A stretch of DNA of 64,000 bases from Eledone cirrhosa. Taxonomy: Eukaryota. Position 1 is the stretch's first letter, and each line of letters starts with the position of its first letter. Positions 38,172 to 50,305 of this stretch are shown here, piece by piece. The notes under the pieces were generated by a model, which was given only the letters and a program-made list of their open reading frames with translations, was not told where the DNA came from and did no database searches. The position numbers were made by a program, and so were the translations under genes. Location of the stretch: the NCBI GenBank assembly GCA_964016885.1, contig OZ024742.1:180978001-181042000 (forward strand), in the 5' to 3' direction.

Positions 38172-40530
38172 TGTTGTTGTTGTTGGTGGTGTTGTTGGTG
38201 TTGTTGGTGGTGTTGTTGTTGGTGGTGTTGTTGGTGGTGGTGTTGTTGTGTTGGTGGTGTTGTTGTTGGTGGTGTTGTTGTTGGTGGTGTTGTTGTTGGT
38301 GGTGTTGTTGTTAGTGCTGTTGATGTTGTTGGTGGTGTTGTTGTGTTGGTGGTATTGTTGGTGGTGTTGTTGGTGGTGTTGTTGTTAGTGTTGTTGTTGC
38401 TGTTGTTGGTGGTGTTGTTGTGTTGGTGGTGTTGTTGTTGGTGGTGTTGTTGTTGGTGGTGTTGTTGTTAGTGGTGTTGTTGTTAGTGTTGTTGTTGGTG
38501 GTGTTGTTGTTAGTGTTGTTGTTGGTGGTGGTGTTGTTGCTGTTGTCGGTGGTGTTGTTGTGTTGGTGGTGTTGTTGTGTTGGTGGTGTTGTTGTTAGTG
38601 TTGTTGTTGTTAGTGTTGTTGTTGGTGGTGGTGTTGTTGGTGTTGTTGGTGGTGTTGTTGTGTTGGTGGTGTTGTTGGTGGTGGTGTTGTTGCTGTTGGT
38701 GGCGTTATTGTTAGTGCTGTTGTTGGTGGTGGTGTTGTTGGTGTTGTTGGTGGTGTTGTTGTTGGTGGTGTTGTTGGTGGGGGTGTTGTTGTGTTGGTGG
38801 TGTTGTTGTTAGTGCTGTTGATGTTGTTGGTGGTGTTGTTGTGTTGGTGGTATTGTTGGTGGTGTTGTTGGTGGTGTTGTTGTTAGTGTTGCTGTTGCTG
38901 TTGTTGGTGGTGTTGTTGTGTTGGTGGTGTTGTTGTTGGTGGTGTTGTTGTTGTGTTGGTGGTGTTGTTGTTGGTGGTGTGGTTGTGTTGGTGTTGTTGT
39001 TGTTGGTGGTGTTGTTGTTGTTGGTGGTGTTTTTGTTGGTGATGGTGTTGCTGTGGTGTTGTTGTTGTTGTGTTGGTGGTGTTGTTGGTGGTGGTGTTGT
39101 TGTTGGTGGTGTTGTTGTTAGTGCTGTTGATCTTGTTGGTGGTGTTGTTGTGTTGGTGGTGTTGTTGTTAGTGCTGTTGTTGTTGTTGGTGGTGTTGTTG
39201 TTGTGTTGGGGGTGTTGTTGTTGTGTTGGTGGTGTTGTTGTTGTTGGTGTTGTTGTGTTGGTGGTGTTGTTGTGTTGGTGTTGTTGTTGTGTTGGTGTTG
39301 TTGTTGTTGGTGGTGTTGTTGTGTTGGTGGTGTTGTTGGTGGTGTTGTTGTTGTGTTGGTGGTGTTGTTGTTGTTGGTGGTGTTGTTGTGTTGGTGTTGT
39401 TGTTGTTGGTGGTGTTGTTGTGTTGGTGGTGTTGTTGGTGGTGTTGTTGTGTGTGGTGTTGTTGTGTTGGTGTTGTTGTTGTTAGTGGTGTTGTTGTGTT
39501 GGTGTTGTTGTTGTTGGTGGTGTTGTTATGTTGGTGTTGTTGTTGGTGGTGTTGTTGTGTTGGTGTTGTTGTTGTTGGTGGTGTTGTTGTTGTTGGTGGT
39601 GTTGTTGGTGGTGTTGTTGTTGTTGTTGTTGGTGGTGTTGTTGTGTTGGTGTTGTTGTTGGTGGTGGTGTTGTTGTTGGTGTTGTTGTTGGTGGTGTTGT
39701 TGTTCTGTTGGTGGTGTTGTTGTGTTGGTGTTGTTGTTGTTGGTGGTGTTGTTGTTGTGTTGGTGGTATTGTTGTTGTTGGTGGTGTTGTTGTGTTGGAG
39801 TTGTTGTTGGTGGTGTTGTTGTTGTTGGTGGTGTTGTTGTTGTGTTGGTGGTGTTGTTGGTGGTGTTGTTGTAGGTGGTGTTGTTGTGTTGGTGTTGTTG
39901 TTGTTGGGGGTGTTGTTGTTGGTGGTGTTGTTGTGTTGGTGGTGTTGTGTTGTTGGTGTTGTTGTGTTGGTGTTGTTGTTGGTGGTGTTGTTGTGTTGGT
40001 GTTGTTGTTGTGGTGGTGTTGTTGTTGTTGGTGGTGTTGTTGTTGTGTTGGTGTTGTTGTTGTTGGTGGTGTTGTTGTGTTGGTGGTGTTGTTGTGTTGG
40101 TGTTGTTGTTGTTGGTGGTGTTGTTTTTGGTGGTGTTGTTGTTGGTGGTGTTGTTGTTGGTGGTGTTGTTGTGTTGGTGTTGTTGTGTTGGTGGTGTTGT
40201 TGTGTTGGTGGTGTTGGTGTGTTGGTGTTGTTGTTGTTGGCGGTGTTGTTGTTGGTGGTGTTGTTGTTGGTGGTGTTGTGTTGGTGTTGTTGTTGTTGGT
40301 GGTGTTGTTGTGTTGGTGTTGTTGTGTTGGTGGTGTTGTTGTGTTGGTGTTGTTGTTGTAGGTGTTGTTGCTGTTGTTGGTGGTGTTGTCGTGTTGATGG
40401 TGGTGTTGCTGTGTTGGTGGTGTTGTTGTTGTTGGTGGTGTTGTTAGTGCTGTTGTTGCTGTTGTTGGTGGTGTTGTTGTGTTGGTTATGTTGTTGTTGG
40501 TGGTGTTGTTGTGTTTGATGGTGTTGTTGT
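38172..40530. repeat. 2.4-kb compound (GTT/GGT)n microsatellite
   Basis: Almost pure G/T on the + strand. Confidence 0.97.
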
Positions 40531-42119
40531 TTTATGAGCCAGTGTGTGAGGTTATATGTGGTTGTTTGTCTTGCTAGAAATAGCAATCAACTCTCCCAGT
40601 GTATCACAGCATACCATCACAATAAAGTATATGAGCCAGTGTGTGAGGTTATATGTGGTTGTTTGTCTGGCTAGAAATAGCAATCAACTCTCCCAGTGTA
40701 TCACAGCATACCATCACAATAAAGTATTATATGAGCCAGTGTGTGACCTTATATGTGGTTGTTTGTCTGGCTAGAAATAGCAATCAACTCTCCCAGTGTA
40801 TCACAGCATACCATCACAATAAAGTATTTTATGAGCCAGTGTGTGTGCTTATATGTGGTTGTTTGTCTGGCTAGAATTAGCAATCAACTCTCCCAGCATA
40901 TCACAACATACCATCACAATAAAGTATTTTATGAGCCAGTGTGTGTGCTTATATGTGGTTGTTTGTCTGGCTAGAAATAGCAATCAACTCTCCCAGCATA
41001 TCACAGCATACCATCGCATTAAAGTATTATATGAGCCAGTGTGTGAGGTTATATGTGGTTGTTTGTCTGGCTAGAATTAGCAATCAACTCTCCCAGCATA
41101 TCACAACATACCATCGCAATAAAGTATTATATGAGCCAGTGTGTGAGGTTATATGTGGTTGTTTGTCTGGCTAGAAATAGCAAACAACTCTCCCAGCATA
41201 TCACAACATACCATCGCAATAAAGTATTATATGAGCCAGTGTGTGTGCATATATGTGGTTGTTTGTCTGGCTAGAAATAGCAATCAACTCTCCCAGTGTA
41301 TCACAGCATACTATCCCAATAAAGTATTTTATGAGCCAGTGTGTGAGTTTATATGTGGTTGTTTGTCTGGCTAGAAATAGCAATCAACTCTCCCAGTGTA
41401 TCACAGCATACCATTGCAATAAAGTATTTTATGAGCCAGTGTGTGAGGTTATATTTGGTTGTTTGTCTGGCTAGAAATAGCAGTCAACTCTTCCAGCTTA
41501 TCACAACATACCATCACAATAAAGTATTATATGGGCCAGTGTGTGAGGTTATATGTGGTTGTTTGTCTGGCTAGAAATAGCAATCAACTGTCCCAGTGTA
41601 TCACAGCATACCATCGCAATAAAGTATTATATGAGCCAGTGTGTGACCTTATATGTGGTTGTTTGTCTAGCTAGAAATAGCAATCAACTCTCCCAGCATA
41701 TAACAGCATACCATCGCAATAAAGTATTTTATGAGCCAGTGCGTGACCTTATATGTGGTTGTTTGTCTGGCTAGAAATAGCAGTCAACTCTTCCAGCATA
41801 TCACAACATACCATCACAATAAAGTATTATATGGGCCAGTGTGTGAGGTTATATTTGGTTGTTTGTCTGGCTAGAAATAGCAATCAACTCTCCCAGTGTA
41901 TCACAGCATACCATCGCATTAAAGTATTTTATGAGCCAGTGTGTGACCTTATATGTGGTTGTTTGTCTGGCTAGAAATAGCAATCAACTCTCCCAGTATA
42001 TCACAGCATACCATCGCAATAAAGTATTATAGGAGCGAGTGTGTGAGCTTATATGTGGTTGTTTGTCTGGCTAGAAATAGCAATCAACTCTCCCAGCATA
42101 TCACAGCATACCATCACAC
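40531..42119. repeat. 100-bp tandem satellite, ~16 copies
   Basis: ATGAGCCAGT-type starts recur at 100-bp spacing (40631, 40731, ... 41931). Confidence 0.97.
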
Positions 42120-42619
42120 AAAAAAAGTGAAATACATATTGAATGATGGAATTCTAAGAACACATAAATATACAGTTTGATTATGTTAGGAATGTATCTT
42201 ATCCTATCTGCACAATTGAGAATGACCTAGAGCAAAATATATTGCTTTTCTAGTTTGGGTTCTTCGTTAGGATGTGACACAGATGTGATTAAAAAGGCCG
42301 TTTGGCTGCTATTTCAAGCATCCCAACTGACAACTTAGATAAGGATCTCTTTGGTTGGAAGTTGGTGTTGCTAATGGCAGTGTGGTTATAACACTACACC
42401 TGATATCCCCCCTCCATACACATGCACACATGTATTTCATGACTCATACACTGTTCATTTTCCTGACATTTGAACATTCGTCTATGTACTTACTATACAT
42501 GCACCTTTGATGAGTTGTAGTGCACCTGAGCACTGTACACAATAATTTATTTATTATTATTATTTAAGGCTGGCCAACCAAAGTGACATAGATCTTAGGT
42601 TTTACAGGAGATCAAACCA

Positions 42620-45225
42620 TTACAGCAGCAGCAGCAGCAGCAGCAGCAGTAGCAGTAGTAGTAGTAGTAGGACGAGGAGGAGGAGGAGGAGGAGGAGAGT
42701 GGTAGCAACGACAGCAGTAACATCAATAGCAACAGGAACAGCAGCAATAATATTAATGGTAGCAACAGCAACAGTAGCAGCAGCAACACTATCAACAGTG
42801 GCATCAGTAGCAGCAGCAACAACAGTAGCAGTAGCGACACCATCAACAGTAGCAGCAATAGTAGCAGTAACACCATCAACAGGAGCACCAACAGTAGTAA
42901 CAACAGCAGCAGTAGCAGCAGAAACACAATCAACTGTAGCATGAGCTGCAGTAACAACAGCAGCAGTAACAGCAGCACCATCAACAGTAGCAGCAGTAAC
43001 TGTAGCACCATCAGCAGTAGCATTAGCAGCAACAGTAGTAACAACAGCAGCAATAACTGTAGCAGCACCTTCAACAGTAGCAGCAGTAACTGTAGCACCA
43101 TCAGCAGTAGCATTAGCAGCAACAGTAGTAACAACAGCAGCAATAACTGTAGCAGCACCTTCAACACCATCAACAGTAGCATTAGCAGCAACAATAGTAA
43201 CAACAGCAGCAATAACTGTAGCAGCACCTTCAACAGTATCAGCAGTAACTGTAGCACCTTCAGCAGTATCATTAGCAGCAACAGTAGTAACAACAGCAGC
43301 AATAACTGTAGCAGCACCTTCAACAGTAGCAGCAGTAACTGTAGCACCTTCAGCAGTAGCATTAGCAGCAACAGTAGTAACAACAGCAGCAATAACTGTA
43401 GCAGCACCTTCAACAGTAGCAGCAGTAACTGTAGCACCACCAGCAGTAGCATTAGCAGCAACAGTAGTAACAACAGCAGCAATAACTGTAGCAGCACCTT
43501 CAACAGTAGCAGCAGTAACTGTAGCACCACCAGCAGTAGCATTAGCAGCAACAGTAGTAACAACAGCAGCAATAACTGTAGCAGCACCTTCAACAGTAGC
43601 AGCAGTAACTGTAGCACCCTCAGCAGTAGCATTAGCAGCAACAGTAGTAACAACAGCAGCAATAACTGTAGCAGCACCTTCAACAGTAGCAGCAGTAGCA
43701 TTAGCAGCAACAGTAGCAACAACAGCAGCAATAACTGTAGCAGCACCTTCAACAGTAGCAGCAGTAGCATTAGCAGCAACAGTAGTAACAACAGCAGCAA
43801 TAACTGTAGCAGCACCTTCAACAGTAGCAGCAGTAAGTGTAGCACCATTAGCAGTAGCATTAGCAGCAGCAGTAGTAACAACAGTAGCATTAGCAGCAGC
43901 AGCAGTAACAACAGCAGCAATAACTGTAGCAGCACCTTCAACAGTAGCAGCAGTAACTGTAGCACCACCAGCAGTAGCATTAGCAGCAACAGTAGTAACA
44001 ACAGCAGCAATAACTGTAGCAGCACCTTCAACAGTAGCAGCAGTAAGTGTAGCACCATTAGCAGTAGCATTAGCAGCAGCAGTAGTAACAACAGTAGCAT
44101 TAGCAGCAGCAGCAGTAACAACAGCAGCAATAACTGTAGCAGCACCTTCAACAGTAGCAGCAGTAACTGTAGCACCACCAGCAGTAGCATTAGCAGCAAC
44201 AGTAGTAACAACAGCAGCAATAACTGTAGCAGCACCTTCAACAGTAGCAGCAGTAACTGTAGCACCTTCAGCAGTAGCATTAGCAGCAACAGTAGTAACA
44301 ACAGCAGCAATAACTGTAGCAGCACCTTCAACAGTAGCAGCAGTAGCATTAGCAGCAACAGTAGCAACAACAGCAGCAATAACTGTAGCAGCACCTTCAA
44401 CAGTAGCAGCAGTAGCATTAGCAGCAACAGTAGTAACAACAGCAGCAATAACTGTAGCAGCACCTTCAACAGTAGCAGCAGTAAGTGTAGCACCATTAGC
44501 AGTAGCATTAGCAGCAGCAGTAGTAACAACAGTAGCATTAGCAGCAGCAGCAGTAACAACAGCAGCAATAACTGTAGCAGCACCGTCAACAGTAGCAGCA
44601 GTAAGTGTAGCACCTTCAGCAGTAGCATTAGCAGCAACAGTAGTAACAACAGCAGCAATAACTGTAGCAGCACCTTCAACAGTAGCAGCAGTAGCATTAG
44701 CAGCAACAGTAGTAACAACAGCAGCAATAACTGTAGCAGCACCTTCAACAGTAGCAGCAGTAAGTGTAGCACCACCAGCAGTAGCATTAGCAGCAAATGT
44801 AGTAACAACAGCAGCAATAACTGTAGCAGCACCTTCAACAGTAGCAGCAGTAGCATTAGCAGCAACAGTAGTAACAACAGTAGCATTAGCAGCAACAGTA
44901 GTAACAACAGTAGCATTAGCAGAAACTGTAGCATCATCAGCAGTAGCATTAGCAGCAGCAGCAGTAACAACAGCAGCAATAACTGTAGCAGCGCCTTCAA
45001 CAGTAGCAGCAGTAACTGTAGCACCACCAGCAGTAGCATTAGCAGCAACAGTAGTAACAACAGTAGCATTAGCAGCAACAGTAGTAACAACAGTAGCATT
45101 AGCAGAAACTGTAGCATCATCAGCAGTAGCATTAGCAGCAACAGTAGTAACAACAGTAGCATTAGCAGCAACTGTAGCACCTTCAGCAGTAACAACAGCA
45201 GCAATAACTGTAGCAGCAGTTGCAT
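42620..45225. repeat. Triplet-based (AGC/AAC/AGT) array with a ~90-bp higher-order unit
   Basis: Unit ACAGTAGCAGCAGTAACTGTAGCACC.TCAGCAGTAGCATTAGCAGCAACAGTAGTAACAACAGCAGCAATAACTGTAGCAGCACCTTCA. Confidence 0.95.
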
Positions 45226-46435
45226 GACTCAGTGGTTGTAATTTGTGCCTGAGTGAGTCTTTGGCACTCATCCAACTGACCTATGGTGGAGATGGGAGAC
45301 GCAGTCAAGGATGTTTAGGAAAATGGTACATGCTCATTTTAATGTTCATTTAATGCAGCAATAATTTCTCTTTAATACCTTTCTCTACAATTAAGCACTC
45401 AACAAGCCAATGAGTGATCCTCTCTGTGGTTACTTGTCCTTCGAAAAATAGCAGCTAATTCCTTAAATCACAGCCTATTGCTTTAACACATATGATACCA
45501 AACCACCTCAGGGCCACTCTTGCTTTTATGATACAAAGCTGCTTGTTTTAAAGAGTTTAAAACTTTTGAACATAATTTTATGTAAGAACTTTTTTTAAGT
45601 TATGTTCCAACTATCAGCTTAATAATGAGAATGTTAGTTATATTATTTAGGTGCCACAATAAAATGCACCCTGTTGACTCTGTAAAGTGCTGCCATGATA
45701 CAAAGCACCCAGTCCACCATTCTGTGGTAGTGATGGTGCATGATAAAACACACCTTGTACACAAAGTGCAGTGGTTGGAGTTAAGAAGGGCCTCCAGTCA
45801 TAGAAACCATGCCAGAATGGAACATGAGCAAGACACGGTCATTTGATGTGGTAATCCATCTAACTTGTGCAAGAATAGAAATTGAAGTTAAACAGTGAAG
45901 ATGATGATGATGAAGTCCTTCCAAATTCTTGATTATTTTTAACTAGCATCCATTAATAGAAATATGGTAATAAAAATGTTAAAAAAACAGAAATACCTAT
46001 AAGACATCATAATATAAGAAAGTAAGAAAGCCATAAAAAAACAGGATTGTCACATTCGCTCAACCAGAGGTAACCTGGTGCTAAACAACTGAAACTAATT
46101 GTCCTTCGGGAAATAGCAGCTAATTCTTTCTTAAATCACAGCCTACCATCTTTAAAAAAAAATGGAAACACTGGTGGTAAAAAGTGGTAAGAAACTCTCA
46201 GGAGAGCTGAACAGCAGAAGATCTTCAGAGAAAAAAACCCTCACACCATGCAAGTGTTTCAGCCATTAACATCAGGCATTCTAAGGAGCCAGGCTGCATC
46301 CAGGTAATGACTGCTGGGTACCCTTCTGCTGACTCTTTGTGCATTTAAACAGTATGGCGATTTTGTTGACAAAATCTAGCTGAAAATCTTTCCATTGCCT
46401 CTGCTTTCAAATTTATATTAAACACTTAGAAAAAT

Positions 46436-46600
46436 AATTGTTTCTACTTTTGGCACAAGGCCACCAATTATCCCAGTGTATTACTGGTACTTTATTTAAT
46501 TGACCCCATAAGGATGAAAGGCAAAGTTAACCTCGGCGGGATTTGAACTCTGAATGGCAAGGGCCGTAACTCTATGCTTGGCGCCCGACCCTCTACCGAA
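46436..46600 (-). mobile_element. Family A SINE
   Basis: Core and tail; GAAAAATAAT duplication at both ends. Confidence 0.8.
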
Positions 46601-46739
46601 AAATAATGTTGGCTATCATGGTAGCAGTGAGATGTCAACAAAATCACAGCCTCCACCAAAACTATGAACACGACTCACTCAGAGTTACTTACGTTAGCGT
46701 AAATTAAAATACAAAAATAATGCCTTCTAATGGTATGGA

Positions 46740-46916
46740 AGCCATTTTTCTTCCCCCTGGACCAGATCCAACTGGAACTCCTCTCCACTGCCTCTGATAT
46801 TGCTTTTACGGCTTTTGTCCTATTCTTGCCAGAGACTAAGAATTGTTTCATGAAATTTTAGGCAGATTTGCCAACAAAACCTCTGGCTACAACTTCTATT
46901 GCAAGATATTTAACTT
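46740..46916 (-). mobile_element. HERO/R2-like RLE non-LTR C-terminal fragment
   Basis: Manual translation AIEVVARGFVGKS*...AISEAVERSSSWIWSR. Confidence 0.55.
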
Positions 46917-46989
46917 AGGCCTCTACCAACACATATACCAAACATTTCTGCTAAATATATATATATATTTATATATATATATAAGACAA

Positions 46990-49817
46990 TAAGACAATAG
47001 AGGTAGTTCGAGTTAGTAATCGAATAATTAAGCTTAGATTAGTTGTAGGTAGGAGACTACTGACAATCATCTCGGTCTATGCTCCCCAAGCAGGCCTAGG
47101 CAAAGATGAGAAAGACTGCTTTTATGAGCAACTTTTGCAAACAACCACAATGACAGAGGACGGAGACATCGTTATGCTAGCAGGAGACTTCAATGGTCAT
47201 GTTGGACAGCTCCAGGATGGTTACACTGGGGTACATGGTGGGCACGGTTACGGTTCAAGAAATGAAGAAGGAGTGAGACTTCTTGAATTTTGTGATGCAA
47301 GTACATTGACTATTTGCAACACAAACTTCCAGAAACCAGCCAATCAGCTAATAACCTACAAATCTGGTGAGCACATAAGCCAGATTGACTTCCTGCTGGT
47401 TAGGCAGCGGGACAGGCAGATAGTGTCTAATACCAAGGCATACCCTGGGGAAGAATGTACCCCACAGCATAGGTTAGTTGTTAGTGATATCTCAGTAAGC
47501 AAGAGATGGAATGAGACATATAGGAAGGTGTGGAGAAGAAAAGTCTGGAAGCTAAAAGACCTTTCACTAAAATTCAAATTTAGGAAAGCCCTTCAAGATG
47601 TATATGACGAAAAAGAAGACGATTTAGAGACGTATGACATAGATAATAACTGGAAGTTCTTACGTGACAACTTGCTGCAGGCTACTGATGAAACCTGTGG
47701 CTGGAGCAGAGCTCCAACCAGACAGAGAGTGACCTGGTGGTGGAACAGCACAGTAGATAAGGCTATTAGAGACAAAAGACTAGCATGGAAGGCTTGGAAA
47801 AAGGGTGGGAGTAGGGAAGAATATACAGCCACTAAGAGAGAAGCTAGACGTCAGGTGTACTTAGCACGCAGGGAGGCAGAGAGTAGGAGGTTTGCCAATG
47901 TTCTGCGACGGGAAGATCAGAGGCGTGCGGTGTTCCACATTGCAAGGCAGTGTGTCAATGCAAATCAGGATGTTGTTGGTGATAAATGTGTCTGGGATGA
48001 TGCCGGTGTACTTAGTGTCACGAATGACCAGATAAAGGAGGCCTGGAAATGTCATTATGAGAGACTGATGAATGTGCAGAATGAATGGGAGAGAGAGAAA
48101 TTACCCTTGGTAGATCCGACAGAGGGACCAGCTATTGAGATTGACGAATATAGGGTCCAAGAGGCGATTAGGGAAATGAAAAATGGTAAGGCGGCCGGAC
48201 CATCGGGAATAGTTGCTGAGATGCTGAAGGCATCAGGGGACGTAGGCACTAAACTGGTTGCATGCATCATCAATCAGGCTATATATGGTGGTGTCATACC
48301 CAAAGACTGGTGCAGCAGTATTCTCATAAATTGCTACAAAGGTAAAGGGGATGCTTTGGAGAGGAGCAATTATAGGGGTATAAAACTGATAGATCAGGTT
48401 ATGAAAGTGGCAGAAAGGATTTTAGCACAACTAATTAGAGAAAGGGTCAAACTAGATGAGATGCAGTTTGGTTTTGTGCCTGGGAAGAGTACAACAGATG
48501 CCCTCTTCTTGGTGAGACAAATGCAAGAGAGGTTCTTAGAGAAGAATAAGCCACTATACTTAGCCTTTGTTGACCTAGAGAAGGCCTTTGATAGGGTACC
48601 CCGATCAGTCATCTGGTGGTCCCTAAGGAAACTAGGTGTTGAGGAATGGCTTGTGAGGACAGTGCAAACTTTGTACAGAGGTACTCTCAGTAAAGTCAGG
48701 GTAGGAATGGAGTTTAGTGAGGAATTCCAGATACAAGTAGGAGTACATCAGGGTTCGGTCCTCAGCCCGCTCTTGTTCATTATAGTCCTCCAAGCCATAA
48801 CAGAGGAGTTTAAGACTGGCTGTCCATGGGAACTTCTCTATGCTGATGATCTGGCTCTTATGGCAGAATCAGTAGAGGAGCTAGAGAATAAATTCCGGCT
48901 ATGGAAACAGCAGTTGGAAGCAAGAGGACTGAGAGTAAATCTAGCTAAGACAAAAGTGTTGATGAGTAGAAAAGAGGACAAAACCCTGATTCCGTCAGGG
49001 AAATGGCCATGTTCGATATGCAGAAAAGGAACTGGCATAAATTCTATAAAATGCACACAATGCAGGTCCTGGGTACACAAGAGATGTAGCGGGATAGCAG
49101 GCAAACTAACAGGTAGGGAGAAATATGTATGCAGTAGATGTACAGGGAAATTAGACAGTAGAAGTCGCACTGATAGACACATTTTTCAAATGCGAGAGGG
49201 CGCTATAGAAGTGGTGGATAGCTTCCGGTACCTTGGAGATCAGATTAGCATGGGAGGAGGGTGTTCCGAGGCCATAGTATCTAGAATAAGGACGGGTTGG
49301 AAGAAGTTTAGGGAGCTGCTTCCTCTGTTGACGAAGAAGGGTTTCTCCCTGCGTACGAAAGGCCGGTTGTATGATGCCTGTGTGAGGAGCACGGTGCTGC
49401 ATGGTAGTGAGACATGGGCAGCAACCGCAGAGGATATGCGACGGCTGGAGAGAAATGAGGCAAGCATGCTCCGTTGGATGTGCAGTGTAAATGTGCGTGA
49501 ACGACCCAGCATAAATGTGTTGAGAGAGAAACTCTGTCTGAGAGGGATAGAATGTAATGTACGGGAGAGGAGACTGAGGTGGTATGGACATGTGATGCTC
49601 ATGCAGGATGACCAATGGGTGAAGAAGTGCCAGGAAATGCCAGTTGAAGGAAGACGTGGTAGAGGTAGACCACGAAAAACATGGGCGGAGGTGGTGAGAA
49701 CAGACCTCAGATCATTGAAGCTCACGGTGGAGATGACGAGGGACCGTGACGAGTGGAGAGATGCTGTGCTGAATAAGACCCGTCCCACCCTTGCAAGCAG
49801 GGAAAAGCAGACGTAAA

Positions 49818-49855
<38 letters not shown>

Positions 49856-49856
49856 A
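46990..49856 (+). mobile_element. Young RTE-clade LINE, 5'-truncated inside the APE endonuclease, (GAT)n tail
   Basis: Single uninterrupted APE-RT ORF, very short 3' UTR, microsatellite tail, inserted in an AT repeat. Confidence 0.96.
46997..49816 (+). CDS. RTE ORF: partial AP-endonuclease + reverse transcriptase with PHD-like finger (no native start codon)
   Basis: ISVYAPQ, GDFNGHVG, QIDFLL, PQHRLVV (APE); NYRGIKL, QFGF, FVDLEKAFD, GVHQGSVLSPLLF, YADD, FRYLG (RT); frame open upstream of the tracked 47135 start. Confidence 0.92.
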   Translation: MEVVRVSNRIIKLRLVVGRRLLTIISVYAPQAGLGKDEKDCFYEQLLQTTTMTEDGDIVMLAGDFNGHVGQLQDGYTGVHGGHGYGSRNEEGVRLLEFCDASTLTICNTNFQKPANQLITYKSGEHISQIDFLLVRQRDRQIVSNTKAYPGEECTPQHRLVVSDISVSKRWNETYRKVWRRKVWKLKDLSLKFKFRKALQDVYDEKEDDLETYDIDNNWKFLRDNLLQATDETCGWSRAPTRQRVTWWWNSTVDKAIRDKRLAWKAWKKGGSREEYTATKREARRQVYLARREAESRRFANVLRREDQRRAVFHIARQCVNANQDVVGDKCVWDDAGVLSVTNDQIKEAWKCHYERLMNVQNEWEREKLPLVDPTEGPAIEIDEYRVQEAIREMKNGKAAGPSGIVAEMLKASGDVGTKLVACIINQAIYGGVIPKDWCSSILINCYKGKGDALERSNYRGIKLIDQVMKVAERILAQLIRERVKLDEMQFGFVPGKSTTDALFLVRQMQERFLEKNKPLYLAFVDLEKAFDRVPRSVIWWSLRKLGVEEWLVRTVQTLYRGTLSKVRVGMEFSEEFQIQVGVHQGSVLSPLLFIIVLQAITEEFKTGCPWELLYADDLALMAESVEELENKFRLWKQQLEARGLRVNLAKTKVLMSRKEDKTLIPSGKWPCSICRKGTGINSIKCTQCRSWVHKRCSGIAGKLTGREKYVCSRCTGKLDSRSRTDRHIFQMREGAIEVVDSFRYLGDQISMGGGCSEAIVSRIRTGWKKFRELLPLLTKKGFSLRTKGRLYDACVRSTVLHGSETWAATAEDMRRLERNEASMLRWMCSVNVRERPSINVLREKLCLRGIECNVRERRLRWYGHVMLMQDDQWVKKCQEMPVEGRRGRGRPRKTWAEVVRTDLRSLKLTVEMTRDRDEWRDAVLNKTRPTLASREKQT

Positions 49857-49912
49857 TAGATACATAGATAAATATACACGGGCGTGTATGATTGTGTATA
49901 GAAGATTATATT

Positions 49913-50305
49913 AATAAGAGGAATTCCAACTTTGTCTGATTTACTCGTTTTATTTACAATCCTTTAAAATTTATAATGGTATTATAATGAAATAGTATGA
50001 TAGAATATTAAATGTTAAGTGTTAATTGAACAAGTACTTTCATGCTTTCGCGATCTTCAGGTTGATAATGTGAGGTAACAGTCAAGTTTGCAATTTTCAA
50101 CTGTGAAAATATTTTTCAACAGTTGAAAATTGCAAAAATGACTATCACCACACATTATCAACCTGAAGATTGCGAAAGCATGAAAGTACTTGTTCAATTA
50201 ACACTTAACATTTAATATTCTATCATACTATTTCATTATAATACCATTATAAATTTTAAAGGATTGTAAATAAAACGAGTAAATCAGACAAAGTTGGAAT
50301 TCCTC

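Noticed and set aside
38420-40586. Long Leu/Val/Cys/Trp or Gln/Thr/Asn ORFs
   Set aside because: By-products of the GTT/GGT tract
40556-42180. Series of ~73-aa ORFs resembling a tandem gene family
   Set aside because: The 100-bp period is not a multiple of 3; ORFs overlap and cycle through frames
42595-45241. Poly-Leu (876 aa) and poly-Ser/Asn (766 aa) ORFs
   Set aside because: Alternative frames of the same triplet repeat
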